49,325 bases of DNA. Origin: Trichomonas gallinae. Lineage: Eukaryota. The position numbers and the translations under genes are program-made. Position 1 is the stretch's first letter, and each line of letters starts with the position of its first letter. The DNA is taken from positions 1 through 49,325 of the forward strand of contig MRSU01000049.1 of the NCBI GenBank assembly GCA_008369845.1, given 5' to 3'. This document shows, in pieces, positions 32,102-41,910 of the stretch. The notes under the pieces are model-generated. The model was given only the letters and a program-made list of their open reading frames with translations, did no database searches and had not been told where the DNA came from.

Positions 32102-32971
32102 TTAGTATCCATAGATGCGCTTTGATCTGTGATCGCCATATGATACGAATCCATCGTAAGCTGGGTCATACTCGATGCCATTGTTCTTGTTACCAACAAC
32201 GAAGTGCATAGAAGTTCTTGCATTTCCGCATTCAAGAATTTCTTTCTCATTACCATTGCAACCAGCATAGCGACCACCGTATCTGTATGTCCTAGCGCCA
32301 GCAATTGGCTTGATTGCATCCCAGCTGAGAATGTAGCAGTCAGCTCTCATCCAACCATTGGCAATAGCCTGGTTATATCTGGCATTGCATCCATCGATAG
32401 AGTTGACACCACCGCACCAGCAAAGGCTCATGAAACCGCAGCCCCATGTTCTAATGTTGGAATTGAATCTTGAATCTCCTTGTCTGATAACTCCACCGGA
32501 TGGAGATGGTGATGGACTTGAACCACCAGATAAAGCAATGAACTGTGCACTTACCCAACCCTGTGCAATTTGATACCAATCGCCGTTAATGTTTTGAATA
32601 ACAACAGCTGTTCCATCACTGAGTCCTGTGACTCTGCCATAGTTTGTGCCTGGTCCAGAACGAACGTTTAAGCCAACTCCTGTGCCTGTAACGACACCAT
32701 TGACGCGCATATATTCAGCGAAACAGTAACCAGATCTTCCGTTAGCGTTGACGGCCCACCAGTTACCGCTTCTGCCTGTGACTGTAACCTGGGCTCTGTT
32801 TGGAAGGGAAGTAATGATGCTGGATGTTATTGATGGTCCAGAGCGAACATTAATACCAATATCTGAAGCTACGTAGCCTGTGCCCTGGGCGTTGGCTTCT
32901 GCGGAACGATACGAGTATCTGTGACCACGATAATGTCTACTTAAAGCAGAACAAACAAATAAGCTGAACAT
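32102..32971 (-). CDS. Secreted protein with two bacterial SH3b domains and a C-terminal papain-fold (DUF261/C39-like) domain; putative cell-wall hydrolase, copy 2
   Basis: Tandem paralogue of 30258-31142: INVRSGPSITSSII, LNVRSGPGTNYGRV, S/P linker, and a nearly identical C-terminal Cys/His/Asp domain. Confidence 0.85.
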   Translation of the reverse strand: MFSLFVCSALSRHYRGHRYSYRSAEANAQGTGYVASDIGINVRSGPSITSSIITSLPNRAQVTVTGRSGNWWAVNANGRSGYCFAEYMRVNGVVTGTGVGLNVRSGPGTNYGRVTGLSDGTAVVIQNINGDWYQIAQGWVSAQFIALSGGSSPSPSPSGGVIRQGDSRFNSNIRTWGCGFMSLCWCGGVNSIDGCNARYNQAIANGWMRADCYILSWDAIKPIAGARTYRYGGRYAGCNGNEKEILECGNARTSMHFVVGNKNNGIEYDPAYDGFVSYGDHRSKRIYGY

Positions 32972-33710
32972 TTTTATGAATTTGACAGCAGTTGCTGGCA
33001 GATTCTCTCAATTTTCGAAATACTCAAAAATTGTGAAGATCAGATTTCGCTTTTGTATCTGTAATATGCTTTTTTAATGGTAGTGGTCTTTAATTTTCGA
33101 ATTGATTTTCAAGCGATTTCACCAAATAAGAGAACCTCCTTTTTTTGGTTTAATGCACTACTGACTCTTTTCGAACTAGAATTGCTATTAAACTCTCAAA
33201 AACCTTATATAACTTTAGAAGAGTTTATCCAAATCTGTCATAATTTTATTTAATATGACATGTAAATATGAATTTGACAAGCAGTAACACTTTAAATAAA
33301 GGCACAACAAACTTCAATTTACTTGTAGTTATGAATTTGATATCACTGATAATTGCTATGCATTGAATATTGTTGAAAAATTTCTTAACGATATCTTCAT
33401 AACAATTCTAGAAATTGTCTGAAAAGTGTCTGTACTGTGCCTTTTTAAAAGATACAGCAGTTATTTTAATTTTGAAATATGTTTGTTGGATTGGCGAATC
33501 AATAGCACCATGAAACAAAATTAGACAATTTTTTGTTGATTAGTTTTTGATGCAAAAAATAAAGCTGTAAAATCGCTTGCATCTCATTTTTATATCTGAA
33601 TGCATTATCTTCATATAAAACTATCTAATGAATGGCATTAGAAACATTAGTGTGTATTGATTGAACATTTGTTGCGTAGTAATTCAGATTATATGAAAAA
33701 GTCAAAAAAA

Positions 33711-33770
33711 AAATTAAATATGACTTGTAAAATTTATTTATGACGTGTAAAAAATTAATATGACAGAAAA
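33711..33770 (+). promoter_or_regulatory. Three tandem ~20-bp units, each containing TATGAC, directly upstream of DIM1
   Basis: AAATTAAATATGACTTGTAA / AATTTATTTATGACGTGTAA / AAAATTAATATGACAGAAAA. Confidence 0.55.
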
Positions 33771-33782
33771 ATAAATTGTTAG

Positions 33783-34247
33783 ATGTCTTATCTTCTCACA
33801 CATCTTCCTAGTGGCTGGGATGTTGACCAAGCGATTGTATGGGAAAAGGAAAAGCTAGTTTGCATCCGTTTTGGACGAGATACTGATGCAATGTGCATGA
33901 AGATGGATCAAATGTTGGCTTCTTGCGCAGAAAGATTAAAGAATTTCGTTGTTATTTATGCAGTTGATATAGTTAAAGTTCCAGATTTTAATAAAATGTA
34001 TGAATTAGTTGATCCTTGCAGCGTGATGTTCTTTTTCAGAAATAGACATATAATGGTCGATTATGGTACGGGTGAAAACAACAAATTGAATTTCTTATTA
34101 AAAACAAAACAAGAATTTATTGATATATGTGAATTAGTCTATAGATCTTCGGTTAAAGGCCTCGGATATTCGAAGACTATCATCAACTACGCGAATGGCA
34201 GATATCGAGGCCTAGTTCAAGATAAAAGAGAAAAGAAAGATTATTGA
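33783..34247 (+). CDS. DIM1: U5 snRNP thioredoxin-like protein Dim1 (TXNL4A/Dib1)
   Basis: MSYLLTHLPSGWDVDQAI...LVCIRFG...CMKMD...VPDFNKMYEL.DPC.VMFFFRNRHIMVDYGTGENNK. Confidence 0.96.
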   Translation: MSYLLTHLPSGWDVDQAIVWEKEKLVCIRFGRDTDAMCMKMDQMLASCAERLKNFVVIYAVDIVKVPDFNKMYELVDPCSVMFFFRNRHIMVDYGTGENNKLNFLLKTKQEFIDICELVYRSSVKGLGYSKTIINYANGRYRGLVQDKREKKDY

Positions 34248-34327
34248 AAAGTCAAAAAATATTATGTTTGTTGATATATTATTGATTTATAAAAGGTTGT
34301 TTTTATCTAAAATAAAGAAATATTGGT

Positions 34328-34951
34328 TTAGTCCATTCTTGTCTTAATCTCCTTAATGATAACTTTGTCTTTTGTAATAATATAAACAATGCCACCCCAG
34401 CCAGAGATAGAGTCACGCTCGACAGCAGAAATAAGAGCTTTGGCTGTACACTGGAAAAGTTCATCTGGGTTCATATTTGGACGCCATATACTCTCGCAGA
34501 TACCATAAAGTGATTCCTCGCAAGTTCCTGCAACAGCAAAGTCCTTTGGAAAAGCGAAAGCGCCAATACTATCAGAAGTAGCTAAATATGGTTCATTTGT
34601 TTCTGGAAGAAGGCCAGCGATAACTGGTTGAATAAAGTATGGACCGAAACGTTTTTGGTATAATGTTGATTTGACGAGATTCATAAACTTCGGTGGATCG
34701 ATTGGTTTTTCTTCACGAAGTTGCAAAAGGTTTACGTCGAAACGAAGCTGTTCTCTAACTGTAGCAACATCTGTGGCTAAACCGCCAAGACCAATGAAGA
34801 TGCGATCATTCACTTGAAAAATTCTCTGAAAATCGTTAGAAACAGTTAACATTTGAACACCGAGACGGCGGTCAGATGCAATAGCAACGCAGTGGTCACC
34901 AGCCATTGCTAAGATGCATGAGCCGTTGATTGTTGATGGATCCTGCGACAT
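34328..34951 (-). CDS. PSMB3: 20S proteasome subunit beta type 3 (Pup3)
   Basis: NGSCILAMAGDHCVAIASDRRLG, GLATDV, LYQKRFGPYF, LYGICES, RDSISGWG, C-terminal RMD. Confidence 0.96.
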   Translation of the reverse strand: MSQDPSTINGSCILAMAGDHCVAIASDRRLGVQMLTVSNDFQRIFQVNDRIFIGLGGLATDVATVREQLRFDVNLLQLREEKPIDPPKFMNLVKSTLYQKRFGPYFIQPVIAGLLPETNEPYLATSDSIGAFAFPKDFAVAGTCEESLYGICESIWRPNMNPDELFQCTAKALISAVERDSISGWGGIVYIITKDKVIIKEIKTRMD

Positions 34952-35000
34952 TTGATTTAGATGAGGCGACCAATTTTCTATATCGTCGCGTCTCTATTTT

Positions 35001-35185
35001 TTATTGATAATGGTATTATATAGTATATTTATTCTATTTTAATTGTTATTTTTCCAAAATTTTAATATTTTTCAATTTTTTGATATTTTTGTTGATATGG
35101 ATATAATATACTATATTTATTCTATTTAACTTAATATTTTTCCAAAATTTTAAAAGTTTTCGAAATTTTTGAAATTTTATTGATA
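35001..35185. repeat. Degenerate ~87-bp AT-rich tandem duplication (two copies plus the start of a third)
   Basis: TTGATA...TATATTTATTCTATTT...TATTTTTCCAAAATTTTAA...TTTTTGA occurs twice in succession, upstream of PSMB3. Confidence 0.7.
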
Positions 35186-35327
35186 TCAATTTAGTATCAT
35201 GTGCTAATTCTAACTTTTCTATTATTTCATTAAAATTTTGTGTTTTTTAAAAATAATTTAATAAAAAGATCATTTTAATGTTGCTTTAGTTAAGCCACAG
35301 CCATTGTTGTTTGAATTCAATTAATAA

Positions 35328-35831
35328 TTATCTCATCATTGCATCAGGGTTAATTGTGTCACAATATTTTATTAGAATGTTTTTTATTGGTGTGCTAGAA
35401 AAAGGTGCTGATGTACAAGTTTTTTCAGCTCGAATTGCAGTTAGATAATCAACAACTTTAGTATGTTGGTTTTGAATTGCCAAATCTAATGGTGTTTGTT
35501 TTTTGCTGTTTCTTGCATTTTTGTCGTAATAAACAGACAATAAATTTTTAACAACAACATGATGGCCTTCAAGTGCCGCATAATACAATGGAGTGTTGCC
35601 GTCCGCGCTCCTAATTTCAGGATTTGCACCTTTTGAATAAAGGAACTTAACCATTTCAAGGTTTCCTTTGGATGAAGCGTATGAAATCAACATCATTACC
35701 CCAATTTTATCGAGCTGGTCGTATATCTTTTCACTACGTTCTGTTTGTTCTTGTGCATTATTGCGTAGTTGTTCAGCTTCTTGAGAAATTCGATAAATGT
35801 AATCATTAACAATTGCTTCATATTTTTGCAT
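35328..35831 (-). CDS. Ankyrin repeat protein (about 3 repeats)
   Basis: YASSKGNLEMVKFLYSKGAN, GNTPLYYAALEGHHVVVKNLL, QTPLDLAIQNQHTKVVDYL. Confidence 0.88.
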   Translation of the reverse strand: MQKYEAIVNDYIYRISQEAEQLRNNAQEQTERSEKIYDQLDKIGVMMLISYASSKGNLEMVKFLYSKGANPEIRSADGNTPLYYAALEGHHVVVKNLLSVYYDKNARNSKKQTPLDLAIQNQHTKVVDYLTAIRAEKTCTSAPFSSTPIKNILIKYCDTINPDAMMR

Positions 35832-36531
35832 TATCTTCTATGTCATATAGAAGTGATATACTATTGTATAAAATGTCATAATCGAATATATTATATTTTT
35901 CTTATATGTGATTAAGCGTGTAAATGGATGATCATTTTGAAAAAGAATATATTTTATATGTAGTTGTTGACTTGATGCTGTGTCTTTGTTGTTTTGTTTT
36001 TAATTGGTTTGATGTTGTATCAAATTTGATTTTAAAAATTGGCCGTCTAGGAATTAGAATATGACTTAACCATTGTTTTCCCAGTGTTTACACATCCTTA
36101 CACCATAACCTTAGCATTGTCAAGAAAAATGTTTTGGCAAAGAAAATAAAAATTCATCTAAAGACATGAAACCATTGAATCTATGCTTATAAAGCTGTAA
36201 CAATCATATTTATGAAGTTAACAGTCGTTTTGACTAGGTAAGGCAAATGTCGAAATAAAATCAATTTTTTCTTAATATTACTCGATGATTTAGATGTATT
36301 ATTTAATAAATAACAAGTCTTACTATTTGTTTTTCGAATTTGACGATATTTTGAAATGAGAAAAGCGATTTTTTAAAAAAATCATGATAATTTTTACTAA
36401 TGATTTATTTAATTTTTAGCAATTTAAAATAGGAATATAGCATTAATATGGGGTGAAAAAGCTAATTTTTAAATTTTTCGAAAAATCGCAAAAATTGACA
36501 GTTTTCTTCTATCGTCTATAAAACAAAAACT

Positions 36532-39500
36532 ATGTCTGACGACGAGTTTAGTGGATACTCAGACTCAGATGAGCCAAATGGCAACACTCGTCTCTCAGTA
36601 GACTTGACAGCCATCCCGCTCAACTTCACTGTTCTTGTAAATCCAAGCAAAATGAACCAAATTGGAGTCCAAAACAATTCCATCGTTTTACTGTCTAACG
36701 GTGGTAAAACCAAGGTACCAGCAATCGCATTAGCTGAACCAGGATGCGAAAGCGAAAGAATTGTTCTTCCATTTTCCATCCAACATGCATTAAATGTTGC
36801 ACAAGACAAGAAAATCTCTATTGAGTCAACATTCAACATCCCAGATGCATCAAGAGTTGAAATCGCTGTCCACACTGACCAAGTTGATCCTCAATTACAA
36901 AAAGTTTTAGGCGATTATTTCGGTTCACAGCTTTGTCCGGCCTCAGCCAAGTCTATTTTCAGACTCGATATCAACGGAAAGGGCATCTTCTGTGAAGTTA
37001 CACAAATTACGCCAGCTCCTTACGCGAAAATTACATCGAGAACACAAATCGAATGCTATCAGGCGCAGAAGACACAGTCAATCCCACGGCCATTCGATAG
37101 ACATCTCAGAGATCTCGATTTCCCAACACCAGTTACAAATCAGATCAACAAATTCATTTTGGCACCATTAGAGCGTCCAAATCTCCTCAAGAAGCTCGGC
37201 ATCGAGAAGTCTAACGGTGTTGTCGTTTTCGGAAAGAAAGGTGCAGGAAAATCTTCGGTTATCTCAGCAGTCTTACATGAATCAACAGTTCCAACATTCT
37301 ACATCAACACAGAGCTTTTGTTCACTATCGAGATTCCAAAGTCAATCGCATATCTTCAGCGCAAGTTTGCTGAAGCTATTCAAAATTCTCCTTCAGTTTT
37401 GGCTCTCGACAACGTTGAACTTCTTGCTCGCGATATCGCAACAGTCAAGAACGCACAAGAAAAGAAGCTTCTCGCTATTTTCAGGAATTGTTTCGAGAAT
37501 GCCTTAGAAAAGTCTTCTGTTTTGATTGTAGGAACAACAAGCGATCCAGCCAAATTCGATAAGGCATTACGTAAGTTAGGAGGCTTCGCATTTGCCATTG
37601 ATCTTAATTTGCCAGATGCAGAATTACGCGAGCAAATGTTCACAAGGTTCACAAGCGGTGCTAAGATCACAAAGAAGGCCCTAGGAACTGTTTCTGGAAC
37701 TCCATCTGACGGATTTACAGCTGCTCAAATCGAAAACGCCTGCAGACACGCTTTCTTCCAGCTTGCTCAGGCCAACGGATGGGCTACAGATCAAGACATG
37801 CTCAGAGCAGTCAAAGGTGGGAACTTACTCGTCAGGCATTTCCCATTCGGTCTTTCAGATCCACAGGAGGAGGAATCTCTCAATAAGCAGAAGATCCACA
37901 AGGTCAACGACGACGAGCAGTTCGCTAGAGCTCAACAGACACCACAAGACGCTCATTCAACTCATGGATTTACAGTTCAGGATACATTCTCACCAAAGAA
38001 GGAGGAAGACTTGGACAACGCATTCGGCATCAACGCTGGAGCAGATTATTCTGATCCATTCGCTGCCAAGAAGCCACAATCGACATTCACAGTCACAGTC
38101 AACCCACAAGAACCAAAGCAGCCATCAGCAGATCCATTCGGTGCTCCTCCAAAGCCATCCGGCGATGCATTCAGCTTAGAAGCAAGATTGGGTCTCTCAA
38201 ACGATCCATTTGGTGCTGCACCGGCTCCAAAGCAGCCATCAGCAGATCCATTTGGCGCACCACAAAAGCCAGCCAACGACCCATTCGGCGCTGCTCCAGC
38301 ACCAAAGCAACCATCAGCAGATCCATTCGGAGCTCCACAGCAGCCACCGGCAAACTCACAGCCATTCAACGACCCATTCGGCGCTCCACAGCAACAGATG
38401 CCTCCACAACAGCCTCCACAGCAGCAACAGCCACCGAAAGGACCGAATATGGATCAGTTCGATCCATTCGCACCAAAGACACCACAGCAGGCTCCACAGT
38501 CTCAGCCACAGCCAGTTGCAAACGATCCATTCGGCGCTCCACAACAACAGCAGCCTCCACAACAGCAACAGCCACCACAACAGCAGCCGAACCCATTTGG
38601 CCCACCACAGTCTGCCGCTGTTCCGATGTCTCAGCCACAGTCTGGACCATTCGGTCCACCACAGGCTGCACAGCAGCAGGCTACACAGAACAAGGACCCA
38701 TTCGCTCAGCAGCCACAGCCATTCCAGTCCGATCCATTTGGCGGAAAGCCAACACCGCCAGAGCCACAGCAACAGGCCCGCCAGCCAGGCTTCAACTCAG
38801 ATCCATTCGGCCAGTCGAATCAACAGCAGGAGCCATTCGGAGATCCTTTCCCACAGGGCCCATCATCACAGGCTCAGCAACAGCCACCAGCCCAGCCACA
38901 GCAGAACGATAACGACGACTACGACCCGAATGCTACTGGATTCGACATGTTCAGGAAGAAGAGCCAGATGGAAGTTTTCAAGCCAGCTAAGTCAGAGCAA
39001 CAGGATCCATTCGGTGCTCCAGCACAGCCACAAGCTGAGAAGCCACCATCCACAGAAATGTTCGCTGCCCCACCACAGCAACAACAGTCTCAGCCAGCTC
39101 CACAGCAGCCACCTCAACAACAACAGCAACCACAGCCATTCGACCAACAACCATTTGGTCAACAGGCTTTCGGCCAGCAGCAGCCACAACAACCACCACA
39201 ACAGCAGCCATTCGGTCAACAGGCTTTCGGCCAACAACAGCCACCTCAACAACAACAACCATTTGGACAACAAGCATTTGCCCAGCCACCACAGCAGCAA
39301 CAGCCACCTCAGCAACCACCTCAACAGCCACAACAACCACCACAGCAACAGCAGCCACAACAGAAGGCTCCATCAAAGGGTGGATTTGCAGAAGTGGACT
39401 TCGGCGATCCATTTGCTGGCGCCAAGTCATCACCAGCTCCAGCCCCAGCTCAACAGGCTGCTCCAGCACAGAAATCAGCTCCACAGCAAAAGCCACTCGT

Positions 39501-40866
39501 TGCTCCAAAGGGCGCTACAACCCAACAGAAGGATATGCTTGCTGGAGACAACAGTAATCCACAGAATCCATACATGGTGGCAGCCCAACTCATGCCAGTT
39601 GAACAGCCAAAGAAGGACAAGTTCGATCCATTCGGTGGACAGCCAAAGAAGGCAGACAACAATACATTTGCACCACAACAGCCAGCTCAGTCACCAAGTC
39701 CATTTGCTGCTCAATCAGCTGGCCCATTCGGCCAGAAATCTCAGACATCAGCTCCACAGCAGCAGGACGTCTTTGGACCGGCACCAACAGCCTCACCGCA
39801 ACCAGTCCAACAGACTCCAAGTACATTTGCCACACCTGGACAAAACGACATCTTCGGCGCTACACCAGCGGCACAGCCACAGCAACCACCACAACAGAAC
39901 TTCGCTCCTCAACAGCTACAGAACTTTGCTCCTCAGCAACAACAGCAGCCGCAGAACTTTGCTCCTCAACAGCCACAGCAACCACCACAGAACTTTGCTC
40001 CACAGCAACAACAGCAGCAGCCACCACAGAACTTTGCTCCACAGCAGCAGCAACAAGCGCCAGATCCATTCAGCGGACAAAATGTCATTCCACAACAAGC
40101 TCACAACGATGACCCATTCGGCGGCGCAGGAAGAAGTGCAGAGTACAACATGTTCCGCAGAGATGCACCAGCTGCACAGCCACAACAGGCACCGATGACA
40201 GCAAGTCCATTCGCCGCACCACCAGCTCAGCCAGCTGCCCAGCCACAGCCACAGAAGCCAGCTCCAGCCAAGCCAACATCAACAGGCGGCTATGCTGCAA
40301 TGGACTTCGGGGATCCATTCGGTGGCGCCAAGTCATCAACACCAAAACCAGCTCAACAGCCGCAGCAACAACCACAACAACAACAGCCACAGAACTTCAA
40401 CCAGGGTGGATTCAACCAGCCACAACAGAACAGCCCATTCGGCGGACCAAATCCAAACACACCACAAGGAATGTTCAACCAGCCTCAGGGCTACAACCAG
40501 GGCGGATTCAACCAGCCACAGCAACAATACGGATACAACCAAGGTTACAACCAAGGATATGGTGGTGGCTACAACCAGGGTTATGGAGGCTATCAACAGC
40601 CACAGCCAAGCGATCCATTCGCAGCAGCTGAACAAAACTACGGAAGACCACAGTATGGCGCTCAGCCAGGATATGGACAGGGTGGATACGGACAGCCGCA
40701 GGGTGGTTATGGTGGACATGCTCCATACGGTCAACAACAAGGTGGATATGGCGCTCCACCAGGTTATGGAGCTCCACAGCAGCTACCACAGCAACAACAG
40801 CAACAGAAGCAACCACAGCAGCCCGCAAAGAAGGATGTCTTCGCTGACTTCAACCCAATTAAGTAA
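36532..40866 (+). CDS. Cdc48/p97-derived protein: N domain, one degenerate AAA module and a long Q/P-rich DPF-repeat tail
   Basis: N-terminus aligns by eye to the p97 N domain (VLVNPSKMNQIG....IVLL...C....I). PLERPNLLKKLGI precedes Walker A GKKGAGKS; Walker B LALDN; DKALRKLGGF; LPDAELR. Low complexity after about residue 450. Confidence 0.85.
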   Translation: MSDDEFSGYSDSDEPNGNTRLSVDLTAIPLNFTVLVNPSKMNQIGVQNNSIVLLSNGGKTKVPAIALAEPGCESERIVLPFSIQHALNVAQDKKISIESTFNIPDASRVEIAVHTDQVDPQLQKVLGDYFGSQLCPASAKSIFRLDINGKGIFCEVTQITPAPYAKITSRTQIECYQAQKTQSIPRPFDRHLRDLDFPTPVTNQINKFILAPLERPNLLKKLGIEKSNGVVVFGKKGAGKSSVISAVLHESTVPTFYINTELLFTIEIPKSIAYLQRKFAEAIQNSPSVLALDNVELLARDIATVKNAQEKKLLAIFRNCFENALEKSSVLIVGTTSDPAKFDKALRKLGGFAFAIDLNLPDAELREQMFTRFTSGAKITKKALGTVSGTPSDGFTAAQIENACRHAFFQLAQANGWATDQDMLRAVKGGNLLVRHFPFGLSDPQEEESLNKQKIHKVNDDEQFARAQQTPQDAHSTHGFTVQDTFSPKKEEDLDNAFGINAGADYSDPFAAKKPQSTFTVTVNPQEPKQPSADPFGAPPKPSGDAFSLEARLGLSNDPFGAAPAPKQPSADPFGAPQKPANDPFGAAPAPKQPSADPFGAPQQPPANSQPFNDPFGAPQQQMPPQQPPQQQQPPKGPNMDQFDPFAPKTPQQAPQSQPQPVANDPFGAPQQQQPPQQQQPPQQQPNPFGPPQSAAVPMSQPQSGPFGPPQAAQQQATQNKDPFAQQPQPFQSDPFGGKPTPPEPQQQARQPGFNSDPFGQSNQQQEPFGDPFPQGPSSQAQQQPPAQPQQNDNDDYDPNATGFDMFRKKSQMEVFKPAKSEQQDPFGAPAQPQAEKPPSTEMFAAPPQQQQSQPAPQQPPQQQQQPQPFDQQPFGQQAFGQQQPQQPPQQQPFGQQAFGQQQPPQQQQPFGQQAFAQPPQQQQPPQQPPQQPQQPPQQQQPQQKAPSKGGFAEVDFGDPFAGAKSSPAPAPAQQAAPAQKSAPQQKPLVAPKGATTQQKDMLAGDNSNPQNPYMVAAQLMPVEQPKKDKFDPFGGQPKKADNNTFAPQQPAQSPSPFAAQSAGPFGQKSQTSAPQQQDVFGPAPTASPQPVQQTPSTFATPGQNDIFGATPAAQPQQPPQQNFAPQQLQNFAPQQQQQPQNFAPQQPQQPPQNFAPQQQQQQPPQNFAPQQQQQAPDPFSGQNVIPQQAHNDDPFGGAGRSAEYNMFRRDAPAAQPQQAPMTASPFAAPPAQPAAQPQPQKPAPAKPTSTGGYAAMDFGDPFGGAKSSTPKPAQQPQQQPQQQQPQNFNQGGFNQPQQNSPFGGPNPNTPQGMFNQPQGYNQGGFNQPQQQYGYNQGYNQGYGGGYNQGYGGYQQPQPSDPFAAAEQNYGRPQYGAQPGYGQGGYGQPQGGYGGHAPYGQQQGGYGAPPGYGAPQQLPQQQQQQKQPQQPAKKDVFADFNPIK
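38050..40850 (+). repeat. Coding low-complexity repeats (GATCCATTCGG = DPFG units, CAG/CAA/CCA tracts, QNFAPQ and GYNQ repeats)
   Basis: About 20 DPF-encoding units. A 75-bp-period duplication near 38200-38340. A near-identical block GGACTTCGG.GATCCATT...TGGCGCCAAGTCATCA at about 39396 and 40302. Confidence 0.9.
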
Positions 40867-41706
40867 ACAAAGCATAGCTTATCTTAACACAAATGATTCT
40901 ATTATTTTTTCATATATTCTGTCCGAGATAAATCTATAAATTGGACAGATTTTAGTGTGTTACATGTGTCAGATGGATTAGACAGTTGCTAAACCAATAA
41001 TTGTCGATATTACAGTATGGATAAAAACTTTCTCTAAATTTTAAGACTTTTATAATCTTTAATCCATACTTAATTTCTCGTAAACTATAGAAAAAGTTTA
41101 AAATTCGACTTTTGATACTAAGTTGCCAATGGTAACACTAGGTTTAGAATACAGCAAGATAATAGGAATGGATCTAGAGATGCGTTTTTTCTCTACAAAA
41201 TATTTCTTGACTGTAGATGATGCTATATTTTAAAGTTATTCATGATATAATGGCGTAAGATTGAAAATTATACGTGTTTTATAAGGAAATTTGGATATAA
41301 ACACTGTCGGAATTATAATTTAATAATGTTATTAGAAAGAATATTTCGCAATATTTGTATCAATTTATAGCGATCATTGTTGTCTGTTTGATGAAATTTT
41401 ACGATTATTTTGCATTCAATTTGATTATTTCCGGAAAACCTTGTAATTCTATTAAGTTATGAGTTGTGATAACTCCATGACCGTTGACGAATTGAGATGA
41501 ATAATTTATTGAATTATCGCAATAAAAAATATTACAGTACATAATATAATCTACAATTTTCATAATATTTCAAAATTTTATATAAAAAATTTTAAAATGA
41601 AAAATTACTAATAAATCATTTAAGTGAATAATTACTTTAAATTTCGAGTATAAAAAGTGACAATCGATCGTTGAAAACTTGACTAGGAAAAGTGCCAAAT
41701 AAAATC

Positions 41707-41910
41707 ATGAGTGATTTATCAGACCAGGAAATGTACAAAGAAATGGAATCGTCTACATCGTCCGATGAGCCTGTCAAGGAGCCGAGTGTTCATGAAGATC
41801 CAAAGATCGAAAAATCATTTGTGATGCCAACAACATCATATGACCAAGTTGCGGATCCTCTTGATGTTGAACCAGATATAATCCTGCAGCACTTCAAATT
41901 CTTTATGTAA
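41707..41910 (+). CDS. Small acidic hypothetical protein (67 aa)
   Basis: ATG 41707 to TAA, with higher GC than the flanks. Trichomonad M2-type promoter motif AAAGTGAC at 41654-41661. Confidence 0.6.
   Translation: MSDLSDQEMYKEMESSTSSDEPVKEPSVHEDPKIEKSFVMPTTSYDQVADPLDVEPDIILQHFKFFM

Noticed and set aside
34150..34247. Possible intron in the DIM1 3' end (RGLV and KDY appear displaced downstream)
   Set aside because: The one plausible GT..AG excision shifts the frame away from RGLV, and there is no branch motif. The unspliced sequence aligns with a short C-terminal extension.
36510..36516. TATCGTC (Myb-recognition MRE-2f-like) upstream of the AAA gene and at 34981; TAACGATA near 1955 and 33385
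   Set aside because: Matches of 7-8 bp are expected by chance in 49 kb and cannot be supported without binding data.
38210..40198. 662-aa His/Ser/Asn-rich alternative-frame ORF and many antisense ORFs within the AAA gene tail
   Set aside because: Shadow frames of CAG/CAA/CCA low-complexity codons, which rarely generate stops. The start is non-ATG and no domain is recognisable.
38050..40330. Regularly recurring GATCCATTCGG units resembling a CRISPR-like array
   Set aside because: They encode DPFG in frame, vary at synonymous positions and have irregular spacing. The context is eukaryotic with no cas genes.
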